In this document: positions 1-13,134 of the stretch, in pieces
How positions within the stretch are numbered: the stretch's first letter is position 1
How the letters are laid out: every line of letters begins with the position of its first letter
Assembly (NCBI RefSeq): GCF_009914755.1
Contig: NC_060935.1
Strand: one strand, 5' to 3'
DNA: 64,000 nucleotides
Source of the DNA: the human T2T-CHM13v2.0 reference genome, Homo sapiens
Position numbers and translations under genes: made by a program
Notes under the pieces: model-generated
What the model was told of the DNA's origin: nothing
Database searches by the model: none
Seen by the model: the letters and a program-made list of their open reading frames with translations, nothing else

Positions 1-147
1 TCCAATCACTCCAAGTGGCAGCAGATAGTCATTAAGTATGGCAAGAAATGCATTTTTATATTATATTTAGGAAATTTGTGAATGCTAATGAGGATCTTCT
101 ATGTTTTATCTCCTGGGCAATGTCATTGCATTACCACGAATGTCACA

Positions 148-152
<5 letters not shown>

Positions 153-203
<51 letters not shown>
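153..203. repeat. Compound microsatellite (CT)n(AT)n
   Basis: (CT)14 followed directly by about 11 AT units. Confidence 0.97.
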
Positions 204-379
204 AAATATTCTTTATATATACATATATACATATAATCTTCTATATCTTCTTTTCTCTCTTGTTAGAATAGTGGGTTTATAGATTCTTTATTCTGACTGG
301 AATCATTTAGAGAATGATCTGTGGTTTGCAATGAGTGTTAATCTCTGCCTACTTGGTCCAAGGTTATCTTGAATATAAT

Positions 380-645
380 GCACTGGTTAATAGTTAGCAC
401 TGGAATAAGATGATGGATTTTCATACACCTCTGCCACTCTTTATCCAGGTACATCATCATGGGAAGTTGAGTTTTCTCATCTATAATTCTTTAAATCTGA
501 GCTTCCTCATCTACAAAACAGACATAATAATAGTTGCTCCCTTAATAGGTTTTTGGGACAATCAAATATGATAATCAAATAAAAGTGCTTAACATAGTAC
601 ATGGCATATTGTAAGATCTAAATAATGTTATCCATTTTTATTATG
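380..645 (+). mobile_element. MIR SINE
   Basis: Core-like 'tctgagcttcctcatctacaaaacagacataataatag' and 3' 'taaaagtgcttaacatagtacatggcata'. Confidence 0.75.
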
Positions 646-1274
646 TAGGTTTAGTTCATCTTATTTTGGAATTGGCTTTAACTTCAACTGTTATGCTATA
701 TATATCAGCATGTAAAAGCACGCAGAACCTTCTTAGAGTAGCAATTCTAAGTCTGTGCTCTGTTACTGTGTGTCAATAGTATTGCCTTTCTATATGAGAT
801 ACCTATGTATCAATATAAACTAATAAGTAGAGGCCCAGAGTCAAAAGTCTAACTTTGACAAATGTTGGTCTTCATCAAGTGTAAAATGGAATTTTATTTG
901 CTCTTGGCTACAAAAAACCCTAAGCATCACAGAAACATTCACATAACCAGAAGAAATACATACATGTGTGCACATAGAAATATACACGTGAGTGCATGCA
1001 AACATACACATACCCACACATATATACACAAAAGCATGCCTACACATTTCAGGTATAGCATGGTAGAGAAAAATAAATGATGGCTCTCCATTTCTTCACT
1101 TAGTATTGAGTCTCCTTCAGTCCTTCCTTGTGAATGTACTTTCTCATTGTCTTTCCTCCCTTCTCTTCCATGTCCCCCACCCCTCACCCCAGCCATGACC
1201 TTGATACAGGCTTCAATATTATTTAAAAAAATTAACTTGGGATAGTGAAATAGATATTCTGGGTAGCAGGTTAG

Positions 1275-1574
<300 letters not shown>

Positions 1575-2999
1575 AGAACTTTTATATAATTGCTTTTTGT
1601 GACTTTTCATTTTTATTATTGAGTAGGTTGTTTCTTTTAATTTCTTTCCATTATTTTCTTCACCCCACCTAGTTTTGTGCAGTATGGCAAAAAGAAGACC
1701 ATGAATTTTCCCAGAAGAAAGTAGCTTTTGGTTTTCTAATCAAACAAGTTGACGTGTGATGGAGTTCAATTTCACTGTTAGTAAGAGATGCCCAACCTAC
1801 TTAGAAATTAATATCAGGATGAGATCTCTGCCAGTGGAGGATAGAGTGACTGTATTTAGTTTGAGCACCTGGAAGCCTCCATTTTTCAAGAGCACGTAAT
1901 ACAAGGACACGAATATATCTGTGTTATCTACGTTTAACAACTCATAAAGGCTGAAGAAACATAAAAGCATAAAACCTGATTGCTGAAAGTGGCTTAAGAA
2001 ATGGTAATCTGTAAGGTTTTACCCGGGTTTCACTCATGGGCTCTGTCTGCTAGTAAGTGGTCTACATTAATTGTGTGTATGTGTATGTGGGATGGGGTGA
2101 AAGGGAGATGTACCATGCAGACTCATAGTGAAGTTGTTCAGAAAAATGTCTATTCGAGGTTAGCTGTTTGTTTGCTTGTTGGTTGATTTGCTTGTTTTCG
2201 TTGTCCTCAATTGGATAAAGGCTATATGCTGTGAGCATCTCTTTTTTGATAGATTTTTATTATTTCTTTAAGTATTTTATCTGAATGTTATTTTAATTTT
2301 CACAATGCATGCTTCAATTTTACTTATATCATCCAGAGCTATGCTTTAGGCACATGCTATGCAGTGAATCTCCTCTATATCTAGTTCGTTCATAAAAAAA
2401 CACATTTTAGGTAAAAGAAGGACTTAGAGGAAGCCTATATTTTGGAAATTAAGTTCCACATGTAAATGGATTATCTGCACTGATTCCTTATTATACTCTG
2501 CAACTTACAAAAAGTTAAAGACTACTGGCCTAATTCATGTGGGATTTTTGACACTAGTACTGCCCCTGTTACACCCCTACCCCTGGTTTTTAGCAGGATA
2601 TCTTATGATACTCTAAAGAGAATATAGTTTGGAATTTGATGTCTGGGAAAAAAATCTTCCCATGAGTGAAAATTAAGTACAATCATAGATTTGAATTAGA
2701 AGTCAAACTACACAATTGCAAAGAATAAAGGGTTAATAGAAAAAGGTGCCCAATAGTTGACTAAATCATATGAAAAATCATTGATAGATATTATTTTGAA
2801 GAAAACTTCTCCCATCATAACTGAAGCCAACCTCTCTGTATATCCTCAGGAAGGGTCAGCCTCGACAAGATTGAGAAGTCCATGAGGAAAGATATATTAT
2901 CTCTTTTTGTTTTGTTCTTCTCTGTTTTATTTTAACTTTCTCTCTTTCTCCCCAAGGCATAGAATACAATAAGATCTAAATAAATACATTTCAACATCA

Positions 3000-4246
3000 C
3001 TGCAATAATACTAATTTCTTAGTTATTAGAGATTTCAACCTCCAAATGAACAATTCTTTCAAAGTCTTAGCCTCTCATTTTCTTGACCTCTTCTCGTCCA
3101 GCATTCTTGCATTTTCCTCAGTTCAAACACTCATTCCATTGTTATTTCCAATGACTGCTCATCTGCAATATCCCAATGTCAAGTATTCCACTGAATCTCA
3201 TCTGAATCTTTCTAATACATTGTTCTAATATTATAACTTCATTATGTGTTTTTACTTGTTGGAGTCTGCACTCTATTGTTCATCTGATGTTTGAACTGTT
3301 TCTCCTCCAAGTTCACATCCCTTCATGCATAGCTGTAGATTCTATCCTTCCTCTAAACCATTGACTATCATACTCTCACTTCCTTTCCCTCTTCTTCCTT
3401 TGAGCACTTAGCTGACAAAACCCCAACTCTGGTTATATCAAATTCTCTGCTTGCTTTGTTTACACATTTGCTCAGATGTATGTGAGTGGAGAAAAACAAC
3501 ACGGCTGACTGATCTCACTTTAAATTAGTGGCCACCAACACTAAGTGCATTTTTAGTGCTGCTTAACAATCCTACTACATGCTCTATTTCACCCACTCTT
3601 CCACTTTCTCAATGACCACTTCCCACCTTTGACTCTCTGCTCAATCCCACCTCTATCTTCATTTTCTGCTGATGATCGTGTTCACTCTCTCACTAGAAAA
3701 TAAACACAATTACGTGAAAATGGCTGTGTATTCCCACGGTCTAATTGTTTACTATATTTGCGCCTGCATTCTAATTCTGTGCTGTCCTTCTTTTTACCAT
3801 AGAGGAACTATCATTTCTGGCCTCTTAAAGAATATGCTTTCAGCAATTCTCCACTCTATCCTACATTATCAACATCTCCTGATAATTTCATAAAGTATAT
3901 CATTTCTCTAGTAATATAAATATGCTTTATATTTCCAATATGGAAAATAATAAAACAAATACAATAAAAGCCTTATTGAACTTCACATATCTCTCCAACT
4001 ACTGCCTTTCTTCTTTCCTCCTTTTTAAAGCAAACCTCATTAAAACAGCTTGTTACATTTGCTTTTTCTATTTTTCTCGTCTCTTTTACAACCACTTCAA
4101 TCAGACTGTATCTCTACCACTCCAATGAAACATCGCTTGTCAAGATCGCCAATGGTCTCTACTTGGCTAAATGCAATGGCTCATTTTTAATTGTATTACT
4201 TGCCCATCAGCAGTATTTGACACAGTTGATTATTCTCTCCTTGAAC

Positions 4247-4287
<41 letters not shown>

Positions 4288-4510
4288 TTTTCTTGTTGCT
4301 GTTTGCTTCTGGGACATTCTTTGCTCCTGTTTTTCCTCTTAGTTATATTTGGCCAATAACACCACACTCTTCCTTGTCCCAAGGTGATAATACCATAGGG
4401 TGTATACAGGCTGTAGACTCTCATTTTATTCTGCCCTAGCCTTCTCCCCTGAACTCTAGATACAGAAATATAACCAATAACTTAGCATTTCTACTGGAGT
4501 GTCTAATAAC
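3000..4510 (+). mobile_element. L2 LINE, decayed ORF2 fragment
   Basis: Region 4095-4240 resembles the L2 RT segment. ORF 4171..4359 contains 'PSAVFDTVDY', similar to LSAAFDTVDH. The endonuclease-like 'gatttcaac' lies near 3030. Interrupted by (TG)n. Confidence 0.8.
4248..4284. repeat. (TG)n microsatellite
   Basis: About 18 uninterrupted TG units. Confidence 0.97.
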
Positions 4511-4539
4511 AGTGAGACTAACAATATTTTCTACAAAAT

Positions 4540-4735
4540 CAATAATTGTTTGCATTTAGTGCTTACTGTGTCCTAGGCAATTTATATGTGTGCGTGTGTG
4601 TGTATGTATTTTATATGTATCTGTGTAAATATATGTATCTGTGTAAATATATGTATATATATTCACTCTATGTATTCACTTTGTGTATATATATTTATTG
4701 TATCTTTCAACAACTCTATGAGATAATATTCTATC
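4540..4735 (-). mobile_element. MIR interrupted by a TA/TG-rich tract
   Basis: 'tttagtgcttactgtgtcctaggca' and 'caacaactctatgagataata'. The internal 18-bp unit atatgtatctgtgtaaat occurs twice. Confidence 0.6.
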
Positions 4736-4876
4736 AGCAGTTACTGTAAGTATCAATATATCAACATGGTTTATAACAACCAACATTTATTTCCTGCTCA
4801 TGTTAAATGTTGATAGTTGTAGGTTAGCTATGTCCGTAATATGGGAAAACACTGTAAGTCACTTGGAAAGGATAGT

Positions 4877-5388
4877 GTATCACATTTCTATTGTTGCCAT
4901 AATAAATTACCACAAACTTAATTACTTAAGCAATACAAATTTACTATTAACAATGTTGAGTTTTACCTGAACCCTGTACTCCTGGAACACAGTGAAGGCT
5001 AATCAAGGCTAATCCCTCCTTCTTCTTTGGTGCCTTTGCCTCTTTGGTTTACTGCAAAGAGCCACCCTTTTCATAGACTAAGACTTAGGAATGCCATTAT
5101 TGTTTATCTATGACAAGGCCAGACATACACCCTCCGAATTTCCATTCTTTACCTCAATGATTAGGTGAACTGTTCCCATAATAAATTAGAACTTTTAAGG
5201 ACTCTTTTGACTAAAATGGGTCTACTTAGATAATCCAGGACAATCTCCCTGTTTTAAAGTCAGATCATTAGCAACATTAATTCCATCTACAACTTTCATG
5301 TTCCTTTTGCCATATAATGCCATATATATTCACAGGTTCTGGGAATTAAAAGATGGACAACTTTGAGGACCATTATTTTGCTACTATA
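4877..5388 (-). mobile_element. MLT1 (MLT1D-like) MaLR LTR with a nested ERV1-type LTR fragment at about 4954-5190
   Basis: Antisense MLT1 ends 'tgtatcacatttctattgttgccataataaattaccacaaactta' and 'cacaggttctgggaattaaaagatggacaactttgaggaccattatt'. The interior starts with a different TG-initiated LTR-like sequence, 'tgttgagttttacctgaaccctgtactcctgg'. Confidence 0.7.
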
Positions 5389-5394
5389 AGTGAT

Positions 5395-5637
5395 ATAGAT
5401 GATAGTATCCACTCTCTTGCCATACTCTTTATGAGAATATATTTCCACGTTCCATTATCAGCCTGGGCATGTGACTTGCTTGGCAAATGAAATGTGAGAA
5501 AATATACGAGGCAGAAAAGAAGAGAACAAAATAGAGAAACAGTGTGACCCGCAGCCACTGAAAACTAATGTAAGAAGGAAATAAATGCTGCTCCACTGAG
5601 ATTTTGGGAATGTTTATAGAAAACATTGATGAATACA
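5395..5637 (+). mobile_element. Old MLT1 (H/J/K-like) LTR fragment
   Basis: 'ggcatgtgacttgcttggcaaatgaaatgtgag' and 'aaataaatgctg...ccactgagattttgggaatgttt'. Confidence 0.6.
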
Positions 5638-5744
5638 GGTCCAGGAAGGGAGTGACTTTTGAGTAATAATAATGCAATCTGAAAGTCTCTCTTTTTAACT
5701 ACAAATATACCATTGTCAACACAAAATATCTAAAACCCCTCTTA

Positions 5745-6085
5745 TCCAGCTTCCAAGATGACTCTCAATAATTCTCACTTCATGCTATTCATTCACTCAT
5801 GTAGTACTGCCCAGCACAAATAAATAGGCTGATCTGTATAACCAATTAATAAGTTGCAGTAATGATGATGTGTGACTTCTGACCCTGGGTCATAAAAATC
5901 ATTACAGATTTTTCCTTTTGTGGAACTTGCTCTAGAGGAAGCCATCTGTCATGCCATAAAGATACTCAAGAACCTCAGTGTGAAGTCCATGTGTGAGAAT
6001 GAAGGCCTCCTGCCAACAGTCAATACCAATTTACTAGTCATGCAATTTCAACATCTTGGAAGTGGATTCTCCAGCTACAGCCAAG
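5745..6085 (+). mobile_element. MLT1F-like LTR, 3' truncated
   Basis: 'cttccaagatgactctcaataattctcac', 'tgtgtgacttctgaccctgggtcataaaa', 'gaaggcctcctgccaacag' and 'catcttggaagtggattctccagc'. Confidence 0.75.
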
Positions 6086-9000
6086 TGTTGAGAAGAAGGC
6101 AGCATTTTCAATTCAAAAAGTTTACTTTTTATATCCTATTACACCACAGTGAATGGACCCAAATCAATGGAAGACAGGTTGGGCAGCACAATAAATGCAT
6201 GGTGAAAATAGCAAGGAATGCACCTCGACTTGAAGGCAGCCTGCTGAGCCATTATGCACAGCATCCCACTCATTCTGAAGATCATCGATCTTAAACCAGC
6301 CCATGCTAGAGATCTGCAGGTGATGATGACGGAAAACTCCAGGCTCAATAGTGACTTCAGGGATGAGGAGCTTGCAAGCCTTTGAGTAAAGGAACTTCTG
6401 GGTGTGAAGGATTATGTGTCCTATAATGGATATGACTTAGAACATGAAACAACAGAATATTCAACACACTTGAAGAAAAACCCCCAAGAGCTTTCTGTAT
6501 AAAAAAAAAATTAACAGGGAAAGAGTGATCTTAAAAGGGATAAGAGTGAAACCAACTTGTTAGTTTCTCCCAGAATCAATGTTCACTATGATTTAGCATT
6601 TTTTAAAAGTTTAAAGTATATATTAAATATACTGAATAAATGAATACATGAGGGTCTTCACTTTCTGTTTGTCATGCATTAAACATTTTTCTTGAATATA
6701 AAAAAGGAAAGGAAGGGAGGAAATGAATCCTAGCGAGAAAAAGGAAGGAAAACGGTGAAAATTTCATTCTACTAAATTAGCTATCGCCCTCTTCCTCTTA
6801 ATCTATCAAAGAGAACAGCTTCTATATCTGTTTAGCTTCAGCACAGAGCTCTCCTTGCTCTTCCTCAGTGGAGCTTGCATCTTCAGATCAGCAATTCATC
6901 CTATTAAGTAATATTTCCATTAAATATTTCATCAGAAAGTTGGTTGCTTTTCTCATTTGTCTTGTCCATATTCAATTACAGTGGTTATTATTATTTTATG
7001 TGAAGATGCTTGTAACTTTTCAATCTGCCTTGAATTTTTCCTCCTGTAAAGCTAAAATATTTTATGGGATTTCCATAGACACTACTGACAGTAGGGATTG
7101 AAATTCTGTCCCTTTATTCTCTTTCCCATTTTTGAGGTCTGGATCATTTTCACCTATATCGACAGGAGTTGTTAGAAAAGGAGGTGCCAGAGATGGCTGG
7201 TGATAATGTTTTTATTCCTATTTGCCAATCTGACATGAAATGAAGCATTCAAAAACTGAATTAAATTGTCAAACTTCCCACATACACATTGACCAGCTGA
7301 AATATTAAAAATTTATTGTTTATTAGGAAAACAATCTGTAGAAAACAGAGTAAATTAAAAACACATCGACCTTAGTGTATTACTTGAGTTTTCCTCATGA
7401 GTTTATAAAAATACTACTCATAATAAATACTGTGGAAAATCTAATAAATCTTAGTAAATTATATAGTCAAATGCCTATTTTTTCATGTGAAAAAGGTGAA
7501 GTAATTTTTGTCCAATATGACACAATTAGATCAAGAGTATAAATTATTTATATAACTGGTTTTCCTTATATGTATTCTTTCATTCTATAATGCTTTTAAA
7601 AAGATGATCAATTCAACTTTTCACATACATTTTTCTTCATAAGCATATTTCTTTTGATCTTGTTACTGGATCTTACTTGTTACATATGTTGACAAGGTTT
7701 GTTTTTTGGTGTTCTTGTTGTAGATGTCCCTCCATTTTAACTGCATAATTTCCTCTCATCTCATTAAATATTAGTGAGCACTATTTATAGACAAGGCACT
7801 AAGCATTATCACTTCCATGGTGAGCAAATGAAAGGGAACTCTAAAGAAGCAAATTTTCACAATGTGTCATAACAATGATGGTTTATGGTTTTTTTTATAA
7901 ATTAGCATAGATTATTTTTTAATATCCTCAACAAGTTTGGAGCTTACAAATTGATATAGAAAGTCATGGCCACATCTATGAACATTGGGTATCTGTAACT
8001 GTGGTATCATGAGGAATGTCTCTTATAGTACCTAGTGTAAACCCTTGAGTACTGATATAGCCTGTAAGCCATAGAAAAGGTTTTGACTTTCTTAAGAAGC
8101 ATTTTTTCCTCTCCTGTAGGGGTGCCTTGACCACTGAACTTAAGGTGCATCTTTCAGACAAAGTAGGGTGACATTGGGGAACCACATTCACTCTTATCCT
8201 TAACTTATGTATTTCCTTTGCACTGTTTTTTACTTTGCAGTAAACTAAAGTCAAAGCACAATTGAACTGATTCCAAATTATCATTCTTATTGACTTTGAA
8301 ATATAGATTAGATTTCATGATCTAGCCAACACATCAGAATCTTTACTTTTTCTTTCACAATGTGTAGAAAATGGAATCAATTTTTATTCTAGCATATGAA
8401 TTCTTCTCACATTCAATGATATTTCACATGGAATATTGTTTTTTTTTCAATGTGAGGCATTGCAAGTTTAGATACCTAAGAGGTTAGGGTGCTGCACGTA
8501 TTCAGCATACAAATGACCGGAGTCAGAATTGTAAGGAAGGCTGAGGCAGCTACCAGTGTCTTACAACCATAAGAAAGAACAGGAGTGAGAGGGAGATCAG
8601 TATATAGCAATCTCAAAGAGGAATAAAGGAAGGCCTAGCAAACATCCCTAGAGAAATACATAAAATATAATACCCTCAAACATAAGTCTAGTGAGCATTC
8701 AACCTCAAGGCTTGCTTCAGTGTCATCCCAAGGCCTAGAAAATGCTTTGGAGAGGCACACCAATCTGGAGGCCAATACACGTTGGCATTTTTATGTTTTG
8801 GTTACTAATGAAATCTGTCCAGGCTAATAGGAAAGGCCAAAACAAACACTCCAGACAGCTTTTTAAAATCAAGATTAGTTGTCCTGCTAAATACAGAGGA
8901 AAAAATAAATTAGAGCTTATTTCCCCTGAATTGTTAAGCTTCTAAAAAGAAATGGATGGGGACAGAAATAACTCAGCAGGGGTTGTTTATTTTTATAATG

Positions 9001-9274
9001 CTCGTGAGAAAAACAAAATGGAAGGGAGAACACAGAGAGTGGATGTAAGCAATAGGACTTTGAATTTCTATCAGGGTCTATGTTTTATAACTATTTATTT
9101 ACAGGCAGCCTGGGTGGGATCATAGCAGAATACAGCCTCAGATGGAATATAAATTACAACAAGATTTAATTTCTTCCTTCCTCAAGAGTGTGAAGTTTTG
9201 TTTTGGAAAATTAGAAATTGCAGGATTCCCATTAACTAGACCTGCAGCTACTATTGGTTTACATTCTAAAAAGT

Positions 9275-9340
9275 TTCTTTCTACAAACATTTGGAAACTA
9301 TAGTATTTACTCTGTGCCAGGCACTGTGCTAGGTACACAC
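9275..9340 (-). mobile_element. L2 3' end fragment
   Basis: 'acaaacatttgg...tactctgtgccaggcactgtgctaggtac'. Confidence 0.55.
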
Positions 9341-9469
9341 CTTTAGTACTTCACTAAACAGAGGTGAATAAACACATTGTTTGGAGAATATTCCCTATTT
9401 CACATTGTGTCTTCTGGCACAATATTCAGAAAGTTGCTATAACAAACATTTTCTGAAATGGAAGTAGCC

Positions 9470-9690
9470 TTTCTTATGTCAGGCTCTATGTTGGGCACAT
9501 TTGATTTGTAACATTAACTAATGACAAAACTCCTATTTGGGTACCATTGTCTTGTTTCATACATGAGGAAGAAGAATCTGAAAGAGGTTAGCACCGAAAG
9601 TGGTCACACTGATAGGTTAAAAAAGTTTATACTGAGATCCATATCTATCTGGCTCCAAAGTCTGTGACCTTTTCTACCACATCATATTGT
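9470..9690 (-). mobile_element. MIR SINE
   Basis: 'tatgtcaggctctatgttgggcac', 'catacatgaggaagaagaatctgaaagaggtt' and 'tctatctggctccaaagtctgtgaccttttctaccac'. Confidence 0.7.
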
Positions 9691-10244
9691 CTTTGATTAA
9701 ATTGTGGATATAGTCTATAGAGAGAAAAGAACTTTTTTCCTTCTGAAAAATGAGCCTTAGCTTGGTGCAACTGACAAATAAACAGTTATCACATAATCTC
9801 AGTGGATTTCAATTTCCCAGAAAAAGAGCACACGAACCCATCTTATTACTAATCCAGAGAGTTAGAAGATGATTCTGGGTGTGTGTACATGGAAGTAATA
9901 GCAGCATGCAGACCTTTAAAGCATGATAACTTAAAAGAGTCAACAAATAATGGTTGAGATCAGTTCTCTGTGGAAGTAGCCTCCACTCCACTCCACTAAG
10001 CAATAAATGTATTGCTGGGCTTAGACACCAAACATATGCCAGTTAGATGACAGCACTTATGAGAATTTGAATGTATACCATTAACAAATCTAAAACCACA
10101 CTACAGACAATTAATATGACTTACTATGAAAAAGAAAAAATGTATCTAGAAAGCTGAACACAACAGCAAAAATGTTTTGAAAGATAATAGGGCTGTTTGT
10201 AATATTCTAATTCTCATTTTTAAAGGTGTGAAATATGTTTGAAA

Positions 10245-10561
10245 TGTCCTGTGCTCTGAAGTCAGGCATGATCATCTTTCTTTCTTTAGCCAATGGAATA
10301 TGAGAGGAAGCTTTGTCTTTCATTTCCAAGGCCAAGCAGTTAAGAGTTAGTGCACAATTTGCCTTCCCTCCTTTTCCCTGGAGCAATAACTGGTGAGATT
10401 CCTGATGTGAAGGCTCTCATCAGGCTGAAACCCTGAGCCAGCACAGGTACTAGCTCAACACGGACATGTGGTATGTGTGAGAAATAAACCTGTGTGGCTT
10501 TAAGCTACTAAAAATTGAAGATGTTTTGGACCACAGTGTAAATAGCTCATCCTGAAAAATG
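10245..10561 (+). mobile_element. MLT1J-like LTR
   Basis: 'ctttagccaatggaatatgagaggaag' and 'ggacatgtggtatgtgtgagaaataaacctgtgtggctttaagctacta'. Confidence 0.7.
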
Positions 10562-11983
10562 AACAAATGAATAAAAACAGCTCAGTCTGACACTATGTAG
10601 AACAGAGAGTCCCCTGAGTGAGGCCATTTCAGATCCAACTTAGGAATAGAAAAAAAAAACATCAGTAATCATCTTGGTGCCATGAGCCATTGATACTGCC
10701 TAATTAACTTCTCTTTTTCTGATCACAAAAATACCTTCCAATTAGACCCTTTCTTAGCATGCAGCCTATAGAAAAATGGTACACTAATAGGCTGATAGGA
10801 AACATTTGTTCTGCCTGCCAATTATAAACCTTTATCTTTATTGTTAAACTGATTTCTTGGAATTCTAAATTATTTATCAGATATCTATTAATTTAGTTAA
10901 TGTAGTTTAGTTGAGAGACTGACCACATGAGTGTAGGTCCATTGAATAAAATGGGTAGGGAGACCACACAACCGCTAGAAAGAGAGAGAGATTGATTGCC
11001 TAGTAGTTTCTAACAAGATCCTTGTTCTAAATTCTGCTCTCATGAGATGACCAAACACCTTCTAGTCCTTCTGAATTTGATGAAGCAAAATATGTTCATG
11101 AAGCTATGTATATACTTCTAATCAATTCTCTTCAGATATTTATTTCTGGCCAAAAAGACAGGTGGGGGAAAGCAAAAGCAGGAAGCAGGCTGTTTCTGCT
11201 TTCCTATTGGATTTCCAGATTGCTTCATGTGCTTGGATATTTTGTTGAACAAATAACCTCCTCCATCAAATTGACAGGTCTTTTTGGTTAACTTGTCTCC
11301 ATAATAAACGTTCCATCACCTACATCTATTTTTATTAAATAAGGTGTGGTGAGGAAGGAGAAATGGTTTTATACAGTCAGTGGGCACTTCTGTTTCCAGC
11401 AGCTATTGTATTTTTAATTCATATTTTTGTATCAGGTTAGAATAATATGTATTTGATGATTAATGTCAGGCTTGTAATAAGATTATTTTCTATTGTCATC
11501 AAATCTTTTTGGAATTCTGGGACAGGTTATACCAGTTGAGAGTCACAAGTATTTGACGGCACCTGATTTATAAATTATTCTGTTCCTTCAGCTTGATCGA
11601 TTTCTGGACATAAATAACAAAGAAAATGCCAGAATAATAATTCATCCATTCTTTTTGGTCATAACTTGTGTTTCAGAAACATTGTTTATTTTGCTTGGGT
11701 TCTGACTGGACTTATAATTTATCTGGCCCCCTGCGTGAAATGCTATTTGCTTTCCCTCTTCCGGGTTATCATCCCAAGAAAGGGACAGTAAGAATCATAT
11801 ATTTATGTGACTAAAACCAAAACTCTATACACTACGATCACCAATTCTGAACTGCATTTGCTAGAAGGAAGCCAGCAGACAATCTTGAAAAACGAAATAG
11901 CATTAGTTAAACCCATTTTTCTCTTGAATTAATTTGAAAATTCTCAGCCTGCTATTCAAGACCTTTCATTTGTTCATTGATTG

Positions 11984-12079
11984 CTTCCCTCCCTCCCTCC
12001 CTTCCATTGCTGCTTCCTTCCTAGCTCATTCCCTCCTTCCCTCTCCCTCTCTTTCTTTCTCTTTCTTTCTTTCTTTCTT
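11984..12079. repeat. Polypyrimidine (CCCT/CCTT/TTTC)n tract
   Basis: Near-pure C/T run with tetranucleotide periodicity. Confidence 0.9.
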
Positions 12080-12688
12080 AAACATGTATTAGTGTCTAGA
12101 AAACACTTCTTAAGCTCAACTGTACTATTTATTTTACTCTCTAATCATATTTCATTCTTTTCAGACTCTGTGCCCTTGCTCACATTATTTTTTCTACCCA
12201 TAATATGCTCTTTATTTCATTTTCTGTGAAAATCCTAAGCTGCTCCTATTCTGAAGCCATTTGATATATTTATTCTTCCACTAAGTCTTTAACAAACAAT
12301 TCTATGTGCACCTCTTTGCTTGTACCTCTCTCCTATGGCATTTAAAACTGTCTTCATTATTTTAGAATTTTTGTATGCTCACCTTTTTATCCTTACCTGA
12401 ATGCCTTGTATAAAATGTACATTAAAAATAAACTAAAACTAAAAAATAATAAGGAAGAATTACTACAGGAAAGTCATGGCAATAGGAGGCAAACATACTA
12501 GGGTTTGAGACTTATCATCTGTAATTTACTGGCTTTAAATTCTGAAGACTCCTTTGCATCTCAATTTCCTTTTTTATAAATATACAGCTTTTCTTTTTAT
12601 ATTTTTTCATTGGAACATATTCAACTTCCAAATTTCTGACTGTAATACATATCTTCTGTTAAATGATTTAACATAAAATAAGTCAGAT

Positions 12689-13114
12689 TGAGCTAGGAGG
12701 TAGGACTTTATGTTGGAGCAGATTGAAGTTTGATACAAGGAAGAGGTGAAAGCACCTCTCCCTAAGACACGCCCACCAGTGCCATGTCAGTTTACCATTG
12801 CCACGGCAATGTCCACAAGTTATCATCTCTTTCCATGGCAATGGCCCAGAAGTTACCACCCTTTTTCTAGAAAATTCTGAATAACTGTTCTTTAATTTGC
12901 ATGTAATTAGAAATAGGTATAAATATGACTGCAGAACTGCCCCTGAGCTGCTACTCTCAAAACACGGCCTATGAGGTTGCTCTACTCTGCAGGAGTTGTG
13001 CCACCTCAAGAAAGCTGTTTTCTTCTACCTTCGACTCACTCTTGAATTCTTTCCTGAGTGGAGCCAAGAATCTCCTGGATAAACCTCATTGTGGGGCTTA
13101 CCTGCTCTGCATCA
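12689..13114 (+). mobile_element. ERV1 5' LTR, MER66-like
   Basis: TG...CA termini. Contains 'taagacacgcccaccagtgccatgtcagtttaccattgccacggcaa', TATA 'tataaata' at 12918-12925, and the end 'cttgaattctttcctgagtggagccaagaa...ctgcatca'. Followed directly by a PBS. Confidence 0.85.
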
Positions 13115-13116
13115 AG

Positions 13117-13134
13117 TGGCACCTAATGTGGGGG
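13117..13134 (+). promoter_or_regulatory. Retroviral primer binding site, tRNA-Lys(CUU)-like
   Basis: TGGCACCTAATGTGGGGG lies 2 nt after the LTR CA. It matches TGGCGCCCAACGTGGGGC at 14/18, and two of the differences are CpG transitions. Confidence 0.7.

Noticed and set aside
8-23. CTCF-like ACTCCAAGTGGCAGCA
   Set aside because: It mismatches the highly conserved core G and the 5' CC, so it is too weak without ChIP data.
5920-6294. 124-aa ORF
   Set aside because: It has a non-ATG start, its first half lies in an MLT1F LTR, and it shows no known domain.
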